NCBI GenBank assembly: GCA_964618645.1
Contig: CAZUBW010000010.1
Span: 282 to 64,281, forward strand
Length of the DNA stretch: 64,000 bases
DNA from: an uncultured Bacteroidales bacterium
GTDB taxonomy: Bacteria > Bacteroidota > Bacteroidia > Bacteroidales > UBA10428
Reading direction: 5' to 3'
The translations under genes and the position numbers were made by a program. Shown in pieces: positions 51,501-59,796 of this stretch; positions within the stretch are counted from its first letter, which is position 1; each line of letters begins with the position of its first letter. The notes beneath the pieces were generated by a model. It was not told where the DNA came from. It did no database searches and was given only the letters and a program-made list of their open reading frames with translations.

Positions 51501-51810
51501 TGCCTGTCAATCCATAGTCGATGCACTTGATGCAGCCACCAGTCAGGAGTTTTCAACCCCCATTGAGGTATTGCAATACCTGTTGTCGGTTGCTGCGGAA
51601 TATCATTTTACCGAACGTGATCTGCTGCGAGCATTGCTGAAAATGCTGCTTCAGCAGGGACCCGATGCAGGGACCGTGGATGAAAAGCGGGGTGGCTGGC
51701 TTTCGGGTATCGATAGGCCTGCCCTGGTAACCTCGCTGGTGGTGGTTAATGCCCTGATCATATTGTTGTTGGTTTTATTTATTTTGCGAAAAAGGCGGAA
51801 GAATGAATAG
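48517..51810 (+). CDS. TPR + PD40 (TolB-like beta-propeller repeat) protein, paralogue 1, with long helical-repeat C-terminal region and C-terminal TM anchor (1097 aa)
   Basis: Signal peptide. TPR segment (YKIGICYLN, YYLGNAYRANNRLKEAITTYQQF). PD40-type repeats (LYFTSNREGGYGGLDIYRS, LYFSSMGHSNMGGYDIFYS). The C-terminus ends LVVVNALIILLLVLFILRKRRKNE. Confidence 0.85.
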   Translation: MIPCKTLKPCIILVLFVLAFTPAGLAQEDGKLKDLFLEAESYFLFEEFKDALPLYQRMLAADPENFNISYKIGICYLNDIYQVSKSITYLEKAVQGTSPDSKTNSFKERFAPPEALYYLGNAYRANNRLKEAITTYQQFKEVLDPQVYDAELVDEQIQACRVAEQQQQQPMHYVAVNVGEPINNRFEELNPVISGDEKVMLFTRRLQFYDAVFYTRRDNGRWTDPINLTPSFGLDGNSYTTGLSYNGDEVFVYRSDNFDGNLYSSRYRNGKWSELEKLNGNINTKYWESHATLSKDGKTLYFTSNREGGYGGLDIYRSERTRGGDWGPAVNLGPAVNSRFNEDTPFITEDDNALYFSSMGHSNMGGYDIFYSTRSGGGQWSAPVNIGFPLNTTRDDQFFVPVGSGAYGYYSRYDVNDTYGMRDIYKLEVFTPLHPRKFILNGVARVGGESNPDYSQITATLVDQKTGRIVDQSRLNADGSYTLNALSGDFDLQMRGEGIRENHERISIPINNPSNIVVHSSMLTAAASEAGADETVTVGMVEVSAGPELHIPVSSYNVTTNESIPIRLDLERNTRLKVATILNDTLLKTEHFDVKRRRFVYMLTPEPGINKLRFTLINSKGDSTIREVTVMYTPIAEEPEDVPLPGDRVLADSNRYSGLQLMAEGNLEKFLGQAGIKKRKFDSVADLYEFLLKNAAENGYTAQDVDELMTRFLSQKDLNLFYDELMHHAPDSLSRSLGRLNPAANHIYTAESLLDHLYEHATGEQYSLKELRETLYSLAALHRDPRELIGLFESYARGELGAMLGTMAENWQAYPDTRSVADHIMKEAENKVFPLEQLDEMLRLAASDINARFLEQALLYTSSENLRQALLTLNTEKQGIRNSRELISYLLGNADKGNYSRRELLENIEKIRRDPYYYIDLLRKMLAERASGTLKEFLQEIDVRSLRLTTFEDLLDYLLNQSQFRDYNREMVYQLLIDIINPRNVAEFLEMLRVHACQSIVDALDAATSQEFSTPIEVLQYLLSVAAEYHFTERDLLRALLKMLLQQGPDAGTVDEKRGGWLSGIDRPALVTSLVVVNALIILLLVLFILRKRRKNE

Positions 51811-53800
51811 AATTGTACTTGTCCTGATCCTGATTTTAACTGTTACTTATCCGCTGAGGGGACAAAAAATTGTTCCCACACCCGAAGACCTTTATGCCGA
51901 TGCCGGGGAATTTATGGAATCGGGCGACTATGCCGATGCCCTGCCGCTTTTTCTGACCTTAAAGGACCGGGGGTATGCAACAGCAAATATCAATTACCTC
52001 ATTGGCGAGTGTTACCTTAATTTGCCGGGTTTGAAAACAAAGGCCATTCCCTTTCTTAAGGAAGCCATCAACAATGTTTCGGCGCGTTATTCCGGCACTT
52101 CTCTTGCTGAAGAAGCGGCACCAGCCCGGGCTTTACTATTCCTGGGGATTGCCTGCAGGCTGAATTACGACTTTGACAATGCCCTGATGTACTTTAACAG
52201 TTATATGCAAAACCTTGATGATACGGATATTGAAAACCGGCGAATGGCGGAGTATCACATTGAACGATGCCGTAATGCCCGCGATTTGATGGATGCCCCG
52301 GCCCTTTACACGGCCGACACGCTTCCTTTGCAAATCAACACCACCTTCTCCAATTTCAACCCTTTGGTAACACCCGACGAGAAGGTGATGTATTATATGA
52401 ATCAACTGAAATTCTACGACGCTGTTATGCGGGTTCAACAATCGGGTACCGGCTGGAGCGAACCTGAGAACCTTACGCCGCTTATCAAATCCGATGGTGA
52501 CCATTATGTAACCGGAACTTCATCCGATGGTGATGGTTTGTTGCTTACCTGTTACGATCCTTATATGGCCGGCGAGTTGTACACAACTACTTTCAAGGAG
52601 GGCACCTGGAGCCCGTTGCAAAAGATGGAAGGTATCAATACCGTGTTCAACGAAACGCACGCCTCTTTATCCCCCGATGGTAAATGGCTTTATTTCACAA
52701 GCGACCGAAAGGGCGGATACGGGGGGCTCGATATCTACCGCTCGGCATTGGATCAGCAAGGTAAATGGAGTACCCCTGTTAACCTGGGACCGCTCATTAA
52801 CAGTTCCTATAACGAAGAATCACCCTTTGTCACCCCCGATGGACAAAAGTTATTCTTTAGCTCGCAGGGACATTACAACATGGGAGGGTACGATATCTTT
52901 TTTTCGCAACACGATGAGGATGGGCGATGGCTTCCTCCGGTGAATGTTGGATATCCGCTGAATACAACGGATGACGACCTTTTTTATGTTCCGCTCGATA
53001 CAGGCAGTATTGCTTATCAGTCCAGGTTTTCCGAAATAACAGCCGCCCAGGATATTATCAGAATTAAGGTCAGTGCTTACGGCAAGCCTGCAAGGTATAC
53101 GCTTAACGGCAAAATTAACCTGGCGGCGGATTCGTTGTTCAACCCCTCGGATATCACCGTTACCTTTGTTGAAAGAAAGGTTCAGGATACGCTTTCGGTT
53201 AAACCATTGAACAACGACGGAACATTCAGGCAGAAGTTACCCGGAGGATCGTATTTATTGCACTTCACGGATGGTGATAAATCGTTGCTGGAGAAGAATT
53301 TCGATATCCCCGAATATTTTCCGCATGGCAACCTGGTGTTTACCGACAGTATCACTGTTACACCAGCTGTAATGGCTGTGCGCGACACCCTTTACCTGCG
53401 GGATATCCGTTTCGCCTTTGATAAAAGCAACCTGACACAAGACCAACAGCAATACCTTGGCCAGGTGGCTCAGCTACTCAAGGCCCATCCGGGACTTACT
53501 ATACAGGTGAGCGGGTATACCGATGCGCTGGGGAACGCGCAATACAATCTTGGATTGTCGCGTAAACGTGCCGGAGAAGTTGCCGGATTCCTGACAGACC
53601 AGGATATTGGCGAAGAAAGGATTGCTGTGAAAGCATATGGTGAGGATCATCCCGTTGCTCTTAATCGCTTGCCCGACGGAAGTGATAGCCCGGTTGGCAG
53701 AAGTTATAACAGGCGCGTTACCTTCATGGTGTTCAATGTTCCCGAAAAGTTGGTTGTTATTGGTGTTAAGGATGTTCCCGGCGAATATTTACAGCACTAA
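51803..53800 (+). CDS. TPR + PD40 + OmpA-domain protein, paralogue 2 (665 aa)
   Basis: Same N-terminal architecture as paralogue 1. The C-terminal OmpA_C motif is IQVSGYTDALGNAQYNLGLSRKRA...NRRVTF. The start overlaps the upstream stop by 8 nt. Confidence 0.88.
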   Translation: MNRIVLVLILILTVTYPLRGQKIVPTPEDLYADAGEFMESGDYADALPLFLTLKDRGYATANINYLIGECYLNLPGLKTKAIPFLKEAINNVSARYSGTSLAEEAAPARALLFLGIACRLNYDFDNALMYFNSYMQNLDDTDIENRRMAEYHIERCRNARDLMDAPALYTADTLPLQINTTFSNFNPLVTPDEKVMYYMNQLKFYDAVMRVQQSGTGWSEPENLTPLIKSDGDHYVTGTSSDGDGLLLTCYDPYMAGELYTTTFKEGTWSPLQKMEGINTVFNETHASLSPDGKWLYFTSDRKGGYGGLDIYRSALDQQGKWSTPVNLGPLINSSYNEESPFVTPDGQKLFFSSQGHYNMGGYDIFFSQHDEDGRWLPPVNVGYPLNTTDDDLFYVPLDTGSIAYQSRFSEITAAQDIIRIKVSAYGKPARYTLNGKINLAADSLFNPSDITVTFVERKVQDTLSVKPLNNDGTFRQKLPGGSYLLHFTDGDKSLLEKNFDIPEYFPHGNLVFTDSITVTPAVMAVRDTLYLRDIRFAFDKSNLTQDQQQYLGQVAQLLKAHPGLTIQVSGYTDALGNAQYNLGLSRKRAGEVAGFLTDQDIGEERIAVKAYGEDHPVALNRLPDGSDSPVGRSYNRRVTFMVFNVPEKLVVIGVKDVPGEYLQH

Positions 53801-53867
53801 ACACAGGTAACCGTATGTGTAATTGCAAATCGGACGGATATAATTAGCTATCCTGTTGTTAAATTAT

Positions 53868-53875
53868 TAAATTTG
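53868..53875 (+). promoter_or_regulatory. candidate -7 promoter box (TAAATTTG) for TPR-PD40 paralogue 3
   Basis: Exact TAnnTTTG match 23 nt upstream of the ATG at 53899. The octamer is identical to the one at 48490. Confidence 0.45.
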
Positions 53876-53898
53876 CTATATACATAAACTTACCGCAC

Positions 53899-55770
53899 AT
53901 GAAAACAACGTTATTCATTGCTTTCTTATCTTTGTCGGGCCTGACCCTGTTTGCCCAGGAAAGGACACAGGCAGAACTTAAGGAATTTTTCTATGATGCG
54001 GAGTTCTTCTTTGCCCAGGAAGAATACGTAGATGCGGTGTATGATTACCTTGAACTTTATAATAACGGATTCAGTGACAATGGCAATATCAATTACCGGA
54101 TAGGAATTTGCTATCTGAACATCCCCGGACAAAAGGAAAAATCGATACCCTACCTGCTCGAAGCTGTTAAACAAGTTTCAGAAAAATATAAAGAAAGTAC
54201 TATTAAACAAAAAGCAGCTCCCGTTGATGCCTATTTATTTTTGGGGAACGCCTACAGGGTTAATAACCAGTTGAACAAAGCCATTGAGGCCTATAACAAA
54301 TACAAGGAAATTGCCAGTACCGCAGAAGAGCTGAAATATGCCGATCAGCAGATTGCAGCCTGTAACCTGGCCATCACTCAGATGGGAAGTCCAAAGCAGG
54401 TTAAATTCACCAACCTGGGTGATTCAATTAACGGTATTTCCTCCAATTATAAAGGGGTGGTTTCCGGTGACGGCAGTTTGCTGGTTTACATGAACGAACT
54501 GCCTTTTTACGATGCGGTATATACCTCAACATACAGGGACAACGGTTGGTCGTCGCCCGTAAATATTACACCGCAGATTCAGTCGGATGGCGATCAATAC
54601 GTTACGGCTGTTTCCCACGATGGAAAAAAAATGTATCTCACCCGCGAGGACGCTTTTAACAGCGATATATATACCAGCACTTTCGAAAACGACCGTTGGA
54701 CCAAATCGTTACCACTGGCCGGAACAGAAATCAATACCAAGTTTTGGGAATCCCATGCATCGGTTTCACGCGATGGCAAAACACTTTATTTTACCAGCAA
54801 CCGTAAAGGAGGCTTGGGGGATATGGATATTTACGTTACCAAAATGCTCCCAACAGGTGTTTGGGGCGATCCCGTAAATCTTGGGCCGGTTGTCAATACA
54901 CAGCTGAACGAAGACACGCCTTTTATCACTGAAAACGACAGCATCCTGTATTTCAGTTCACAAGGCCACCAAAGCATGGGTGGATATGATATTTTCGTAA
55001 CCCGGCTGAACGCTGTAGGAGAATGGTCGAAGCCTGAGAATCTGGGGTATCCTGTTAACACAACCGACGACGACCTGTTTTATTATCCCTGGAGCAACGG
55101 CAGAATAGGCTACCTCTCGCGGATAGAAACCGACGGAAAAGGTAAGGAAGATTTGTATGCAGTTCAGCCTGTAGGTGATTTACCCCTCGATGAACTGATC
55201 GCCTCGGTTTTACATCCTTCGCCAATAGCCGTTCCACCTGCGCTTACCGAAGAAAAGCGTGCAGCGGCGGAAGAAAAGCCCGTTGAAGCACCTGAAGCTG
55301 CTGAAGAAAAGGAACCTGCAGAAGAACCGGCAGAGGAACCCAAGGTGCCTGCTACTGTTGAGCTTGATCCCGTTTATTTTGCATTCGACAATGCACAACT
55401 AACGGAAGCCGGAAAGGCGCAACTCGACAAACTGATAGGCCTGATGAATGATTTTCCCATTATTCGTGTGAGGCTTGTCGGGCATGCCGATGCAAAAGGC
55501 CCGGCAGAATACAACCTTAGATTGTCCGAAAAACGGGCTGTATCAGTAATGCAATATCTGACTTCGCGGGGTATTCAGGCTAGCCGCATGGAGACAAAGG
55601 GATTGGGTGAGAAAAACTTTGCAGCAGTCAATTCAAACCCCGATGGTACCGATAATCCCGAGGGCAGAAAGCTGAACCGCAGGGTTGAATACGAAATTGT
55701 TGGTGAAAACGATAAGGTATTGATCATTCGCGCTACACCTGTTCCTGAGCGCCTGAAATTTAAAGAGTAA
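53899..55770 (+). CDS. TPR + PD40 + OmpA-domain protein, paralogue 3 (623 aa)
   Basis: Same architecture. An acidic/Ala-Glu-Pro linker (EEKRAAAEEKPVEAPEAAEEKEPAEEPAEEP) precedes the OmpA_C domain (VRLVGHADAKGPAEYNLRLSEKRA...NRRVEY). Confidence 0.88.
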   Translation: MKTTLFIAFLSLSGLTLFAQERTQAELKEFFYDAEFFFAQEEYVDAVYDYLELYNNGFSDNGNINYRIGICYLNIPGQKEKSIPYLLEAVKQVSEKYKESTIKQKAAPVDAYLFLGNAYRVNNQLNKAIEAYNKYKEIASTAEELKYADQQIAACNLAITQMGSPKQVKFTNLGDSINGISSNYKGVVSGDGSLLVYMNELPFYDAVYTSTYRDNGWSSPVNITPQIQSDGDQYVTAVSHDGKKMYLTREDAFNSDIYTSTFENDRWTKSLPLAGTEINTKFWESHASVSRDGKTLYFTSNRKGGLGDMDIYVTKMLPTGVWGDPVNLGPVVNTQLNEDTPFITENDSILYFSSQGHQSMGGYDIFVTRLNAVGEWSKPENLGYPVNTTDDDLFYYPWSNGRIGYLSRIETDGKGKEDLYAVQPVGDLPLDELIASVLHPSPIAVPPALTEEKRAAAEEKPVEAPEAAEEKEPAEEPAEEPKVPATVELDPVYFAFDNAQLTEAGKAQLDKLIGLMNDFPIIRVRLVGHADAKGPAEYNLRLSEKRAVSVMQYLTSRGIQASRMETKGLGEKNFAAVNSNPDGTDNPEGRKLNRRVEYEIVGENDKVLIIRATPVPERLKFKE

Positions 55771-55776
55771 TCATTC

Positions 55777-57072
55777 ATGCGCAGGTTAGTTCTTATAGGC
55801 TGGCTTTTTCTCCTGCCGGTTGGCTTGTTTGCACAAGCAACGGGTGAAAACAGCAGGGAATTTTTCGACGAGGGCATCTATTTTTTTTCCCGCGAGGATT
55901 ACGGCGAAGCGGCTTACTATTTCCGCCGGTTGTTGGAAAATCACCCCGATAACAGCCATTATAATTTTCTGCTGGGTGAGAGTTACCTGAATATACCCGG
56001 GAGTGAATCACTTGCTGTTCCTTTTCTCGAGAAAGCTACAAAATCGACTGTCGAGAAAAACAAATACAGGGGACGGGATTATAACGAGGATGATGCACCC
56101 TTGCATGCCTGGTTTTACCTGGGTAACGCTTACAGGATTAGTGGCAGGCTCGATGATGCCCTCAATGCCTACAGCACCTTTGTCAACTCGCCATTTTATT
56201 ATGGCAATTACAACCTGACTGTGGTGGAAAACGAGATCAAATCGTGCGAGAGGGCAAAAATAATTATGGACAGTCCTATCGATGTGGTTTTTGAGAAGCT
56301 CGACAGTACGGTGAATTCCACTTCCGCTGAGTTACATGTGGTGGTTTCAAAAGATGAGCAGTCGATGGTGTTTATCCGGCGGTTGAAGTTTTACGATGCC
56401 ATTTTGTGGACTACAAAAAGCAATGGTGTGTGGGGCCAGCCGGTCAATCTTAATCCCCTGGTAGGATCCGACGGTGAGTTTTACCCGGTTTACTTATCAC
56501 GGCAAGGCGATGAACTTTACCTGGTAAAAGCAGGAAATGTCAGCAGTGACATCTTTGTCTCTTACTTTCGCAATGGTACCTGGACAAAAGCTGAAATGCT
56601 CAACAGGCATATTAACACGCTGGCCGACGAAACATCAGCCTGTTTATCAGCCGACGGTCAGACCTTATGGTTTACAAGCGCCCGTAAAGGTGGAGCAGGT
56701 GGGCTCGATATATATTACGCACACCGGGATAATAACGGCCAATGGGGAAAAGCACGTAACGCCGGTAAGACTATCAATACACCGTTTGACGAGGAAAACC
56801 CTTACCTGTGTAATCACGACGAAATATTATTCTTCAGTTCCAGGGGACATTACACCATGGGGGGTTACGATGTTTTTTTCGCTTCACGCGATGGAAAAAC
56901 ATGGAAAACACCCGTGAATATAGGCTATCCGATTAGCAATACTGCTGATAATACAGGTTACGTACCCGTACAGGCAGGCAAAGCTGGCTATATTGCTGTA
57001 ACAAATGATAAAGACGGAACGGCTGAGGATATCTTTAGGGTAGTCCTAAAATCTCACATTCCTGCACCCTGA
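55777..57072 (+). CDS. TPR + PD40 protein, paralogue 4 (431 aa, no OmpA domain)
   Basis: Signal peptide, a TPR segment, and the PD40 motifs LWFTSARKGGAGGLDIYYA and LFFSSRGHYTMGGYDVFFA. It begins 6 nt after paralogue 3. Confidence 0.85.
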   Translation: MRRLVLIGWLFLLPVGLFAQATGENSREFFDEGIYFFSREDYGEAAYYFRRLLENHPDNSHYNFLLGESYLNIPGSESLAVPFLEKATKSTVEKNKYRGRDYNEDDAPLHAWFYLGNAYRISGRLDDALNAYSTFVNSPFYYGNYNLTVVENEIKSCERAKIIMDSPIDVVFEKLDSTVNSTSAELHVVVSKDEQSMVFIRRLKFYDAILWTTKSNGVWGQPVNLNPLVGSDGEFYPVYLSRQGDELYLVKAGNVSSDIFVSYFRNGTWTKAEMLNRHINTLADETSACLSADGQTLWFTSARKGGAGGLDIYYAHRDNNGQWGKARNAGKTINTPFDEENPYLCNHDEILFFSSRGHYTMGGYDVFFASRDGKTWKTPVNIGYPISNTADNTGYVPVQAGKAGYIAVTNDKDGTAEDIFRVVLKSHIPAP

Positions 57073-57073
57073 T

Positions 57074-57604
57074 ATGGCTGAGTCTGTGATAATTTTACGG
57101 GCGCCCGAACCCGAAGATCTTGAATTACTTTATTTGTGGGAGAACGATCCTGAAATATGGCAGGTAAGTAATACCATCACCCCTTTTTCGAAGTATATTC
57201 TCAGGCAATACATTGAGAATTCGCACCTCGACATTTACCAGACCCGCCAGTTGCGTTTAATGATCGATGTCCGCGAAAACGAGTCGACCCTGAAAACCAT
57301 TGGTACCATTGACCTGTTCGATTTTGATCCTTATCATCATCGCGCCGGTGTTGGTGTGCTCATAGGCGATAAAACAAACCGTAACAAGGGCTATGCCTCC
57401 ACGGCGCTGAAGCAGCTCATCGACTATTGCTTTGGCACCTTGCAACTTCACCAACTCTACTGCAACATTACCGTGGGCAATGACGACAGTCTCAGGCTCT
57501 TTGAGAAATGCGGCTTTGCCATTACCGGACGCAAAACCGACTGGATCAGGCAGGGCAGTGCATACGCCGAAGAACTTTTGCTACAGCTCATTAATAAGCG
57601 TTAA
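57074..57604 (+). CDS. GNAT family N-acetyltransferase
   Basis: 176 aa. The acetyl-CoA motif region is RAGVGVLIGDKTNRNKGYASTALKQLIDYCF, followed by NDDSLRLFEKCGF. It starts 1 nt after the upstream stop. Confidence 0.85.
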   Translation: MAESVIILRAPEPEDLELLYLWENDPEIWQVSNTITPFSKYILRQYIENSHLDIYQTRQLRLMIDVRENESTLKTIGTIDLFDFDPYHHRAGVGVLIGDKTNRNKGYASTALKQLIDYCFGTLQLHQLYCNITVGNDDSLRLFEKCGFAITGRKTDWIRQGSAYAEELLLQLINKR

Positions 57605-57704
57605 TGAAGTGTTAATTTGATGCCTCTTGCTTTTTATGATTCTTTTTTTGTAAATTAGCTATAGGACAAGAAGATTGCTGTGTAAAATTCTATACCACCA
57701 ATCT

Positions 57705-59768
57705 ATGCAAAAAGCCAAAAGATGGTTTCTTTTATGGGTTTTGTGTTATTTGACTATTCTGACTTTTGGCCAGCAGGAAGCTGCGCTTGAAGCTGTATTG
57801 GATGCAGGCGATATAAAAAAGCTCACAAAAGCAGAGGAATACAAAGGAAATGCCGACAAGTTAATTGAAGAAGCCGCACGGTTGAATATGGAGGAACTAA
57901 CTGTCGGCTCTGATGCCTCCTTAAACGAAAAATCCCGTCAACGTAAGGTTGAACAGCTTCAGAATCAGGCACTGCAAAAATACCTTGAAGCAGCTACATG
58001 GCTCGAAAAATGCAACGAGGTTAAATTTACCGTTTACCGTGATTATCTCAACCGGTTTTGGGATGAGCACGATGGCGAAGAAGAGGCTTACCTCAACGAA
58101 AAACTGATGGAGGAACAGGCCAGCGATCATTTTTTCCAGGCCTTAAATTACAGGCTCGAAGCCAAAAAAATGGATGCCGGCTATGCAAGGGTGGAAAAGC
58201 TTAATGAGGCCAATGCCCTCGAAGAACAGGCAATCCGCAAACAAGTGGATGCCTTGCTGGTATACCATCAATTGCAACCGGGGACAACCGTGACCGATAC
58301 TTCCCCGGATTTATTAACGGAGCCCGCTGAGGAACAGGCAGCGCCCTATGATGAGCCAGGCATCACGGATTATGTAGCCTATCAGGCAGATACTTCTGTT
58401 ATGGTTGCCGGAACAGAGAGTACCCCCGAAAACTACGTCCGGCCACAAACCTCTGAACCGGCATATGTTCCGGAAATCACAGCTCAACAAGCACCGCAGG
58501 AGCGTAAAACCATTCCGGAGAATATTACCCTCGACCAGGAGGTTATTGATGCCTATAACCGATATATGGCATCGGGGATGTTTACCGATACCACGCTTTC
58601 TACCGGCCATATTGCAGGACTGACCGGTTTTGAAACCGACCGGGTGTTGCAGCTCTGGTACGAATATCGCTATGGGCAACCATACCCCGGCGAAGCACCA
58701 GCATTGACCGATACCGTGAAACCAACAGAACCGGCAACGGTTATTGCAGCAACTGATCAGCCTGATGCCGCTGAAACGGCCGGAGGCGAACCTGTTATAT
58801 CAGATGAAACAGAAGACGAACCTGTTATGCAGGAGGATGCAGCAGAGGAACCGGTAATTGGTATTGTCACCGACGAGAACAGGGGACAACTGGTGCCTGC
58901 GGATGAAAACGTAATATACAGGGTGCAGATAGCCGCCAACCGGACCGAGTTAACGCAGCGTGCACTAAGCAAAATATACTACGGAAGTAAGAATGTGGAG
59001 ATGATCAGCGAGGGAGGCTGGTACAAATACGCTGTGGGTGATTTCAACAGTTACGAGGAGGCTTCCCGTTTCCGTAAAGAGAGTGGCGTTAGCAATGCTT
59101 TTGTAGTTGCCTACCGCAAGGGTACACGACTGTTAACGCCCGGGACAGAAGAAGTGGCTGAAACTCCGGCGGCAGTTTTTCCTGCCGGCGAAGCGCGCTT
59201 GCCCGAAGGCCTGATTTTTAGGGTACAGGTGGCTGCAAGCAGGGTTCCGCTGAGCATGGCACAGTTCCGGCGGATATACGGAGGAAATCTTCCCGTTGAA
59301 ATGATTTCAGAGGAAGGCTGGTACAAATACCAGCTGATGGGAACGCGGTTGTTTTCCGATACCAGGCAGCTATTGCAGTCGGTTAATGTCAGAGGGGCAT
59401 TTGTGGTGGCTTATTCCGGTGGCAGTAAGGTTAACCTGGCCGAGGCCGTGAGGAACACCAAGCCGGTTGAAGACAACGTGCGTAAGTTTGGTCGTAAGGG
59501 CTATGTGAACGAAATCGAGTTTCATGTTCAACTCGCGGCTTCACGTTCGGTAATGCCCCGGCAAGAGCTGCAATTGTTGTATAATGGCGCCGGGCCGGTT
59601 TCGGTAATATATGAGGATGGCTGGTACAAGTACCATTTGAAAGCCGGCAATTCTCCCGAACTTGCACTACAGCTAAGACAGGCATGTGGTGTTTCAAAAG
59701 CCTTTATAGTGGCTTACAAGCGTGGTCATAAACTCACGTATTACCAGGCAATCCAGGAATTGAAATAA
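57705..59768 (+). CDS. SPOR-domain protein (three C-terminal SPOR repeats)
   Basis: Signal/anchor (WFLLWVLCYLTILTFGQQ), then a coiled/acidic linker. Three about 75-aa repeats follow, of the form [YF]RVQ[IV]AA(N/S)R...GWYKY...AFVVAY. The ATG at 57705 is preferred over the TTG at 57675. Confidence 0.85.
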   Translation: MQKAKRWFLLWVLCYLTILTFGQQEAALEAVLDAGDIKKLTKAEEYKGNADKLIEEAARLNMEELTVGSDASLNEKSRQRKVEQLQNQALQKYLEAATWLEKCNEVKFTVYRDYLNRFWDEHDGEEEAYLNEKLMEEQASDHFFQALNYRLEAKKMDAGYARVEKLNEANALEEQAIRKQVDALLVYHQLQPGTTVTDTSPDLLTEPAEEQAAPYDEPGITDYVAYQADTSVMVAGTESTPENYVRPQTSEPAYVPEITAQQAPQERKTIPENITLDQEVIDAYNRYMASGMFTDTTLSTGHIAGLTGFETDRVLQLWYEYRYGQPYPGEAPALTDTVKPTEPATVIAATDQPDAAETAGGEPVISDETEDEPVMQEDAAEEPVIGIVTDENRGQLVPADENVIYRVQIAANRTELTQRALSKIYYGSKNVEMISEGGWYKYAVGDFNSYEEASRFRKESGVSNAFVVAYRKGTRLLTPGTEEVAETPAAVFPAGEARLPEGLIFRVQVAASRVPLSMAQFRRIYGGNLPVEMISEEGWYKYQLMGTRLFSDTRQLLQSVNVRGAFVVAYSGGSKVNLAEAVRNTKPVEDNVRKFGRKGYVNEIEFHVQLAASRSVMPRQELQLLYNGAGPVSVIYEDGWYKYHLKAGNSPELALQLRQACGVSKAFIVAYKRGHKLTYYQAIQELK

Positions 59769-59796
59769 CCATAATAAACTTAAAAATAACCCGGCT

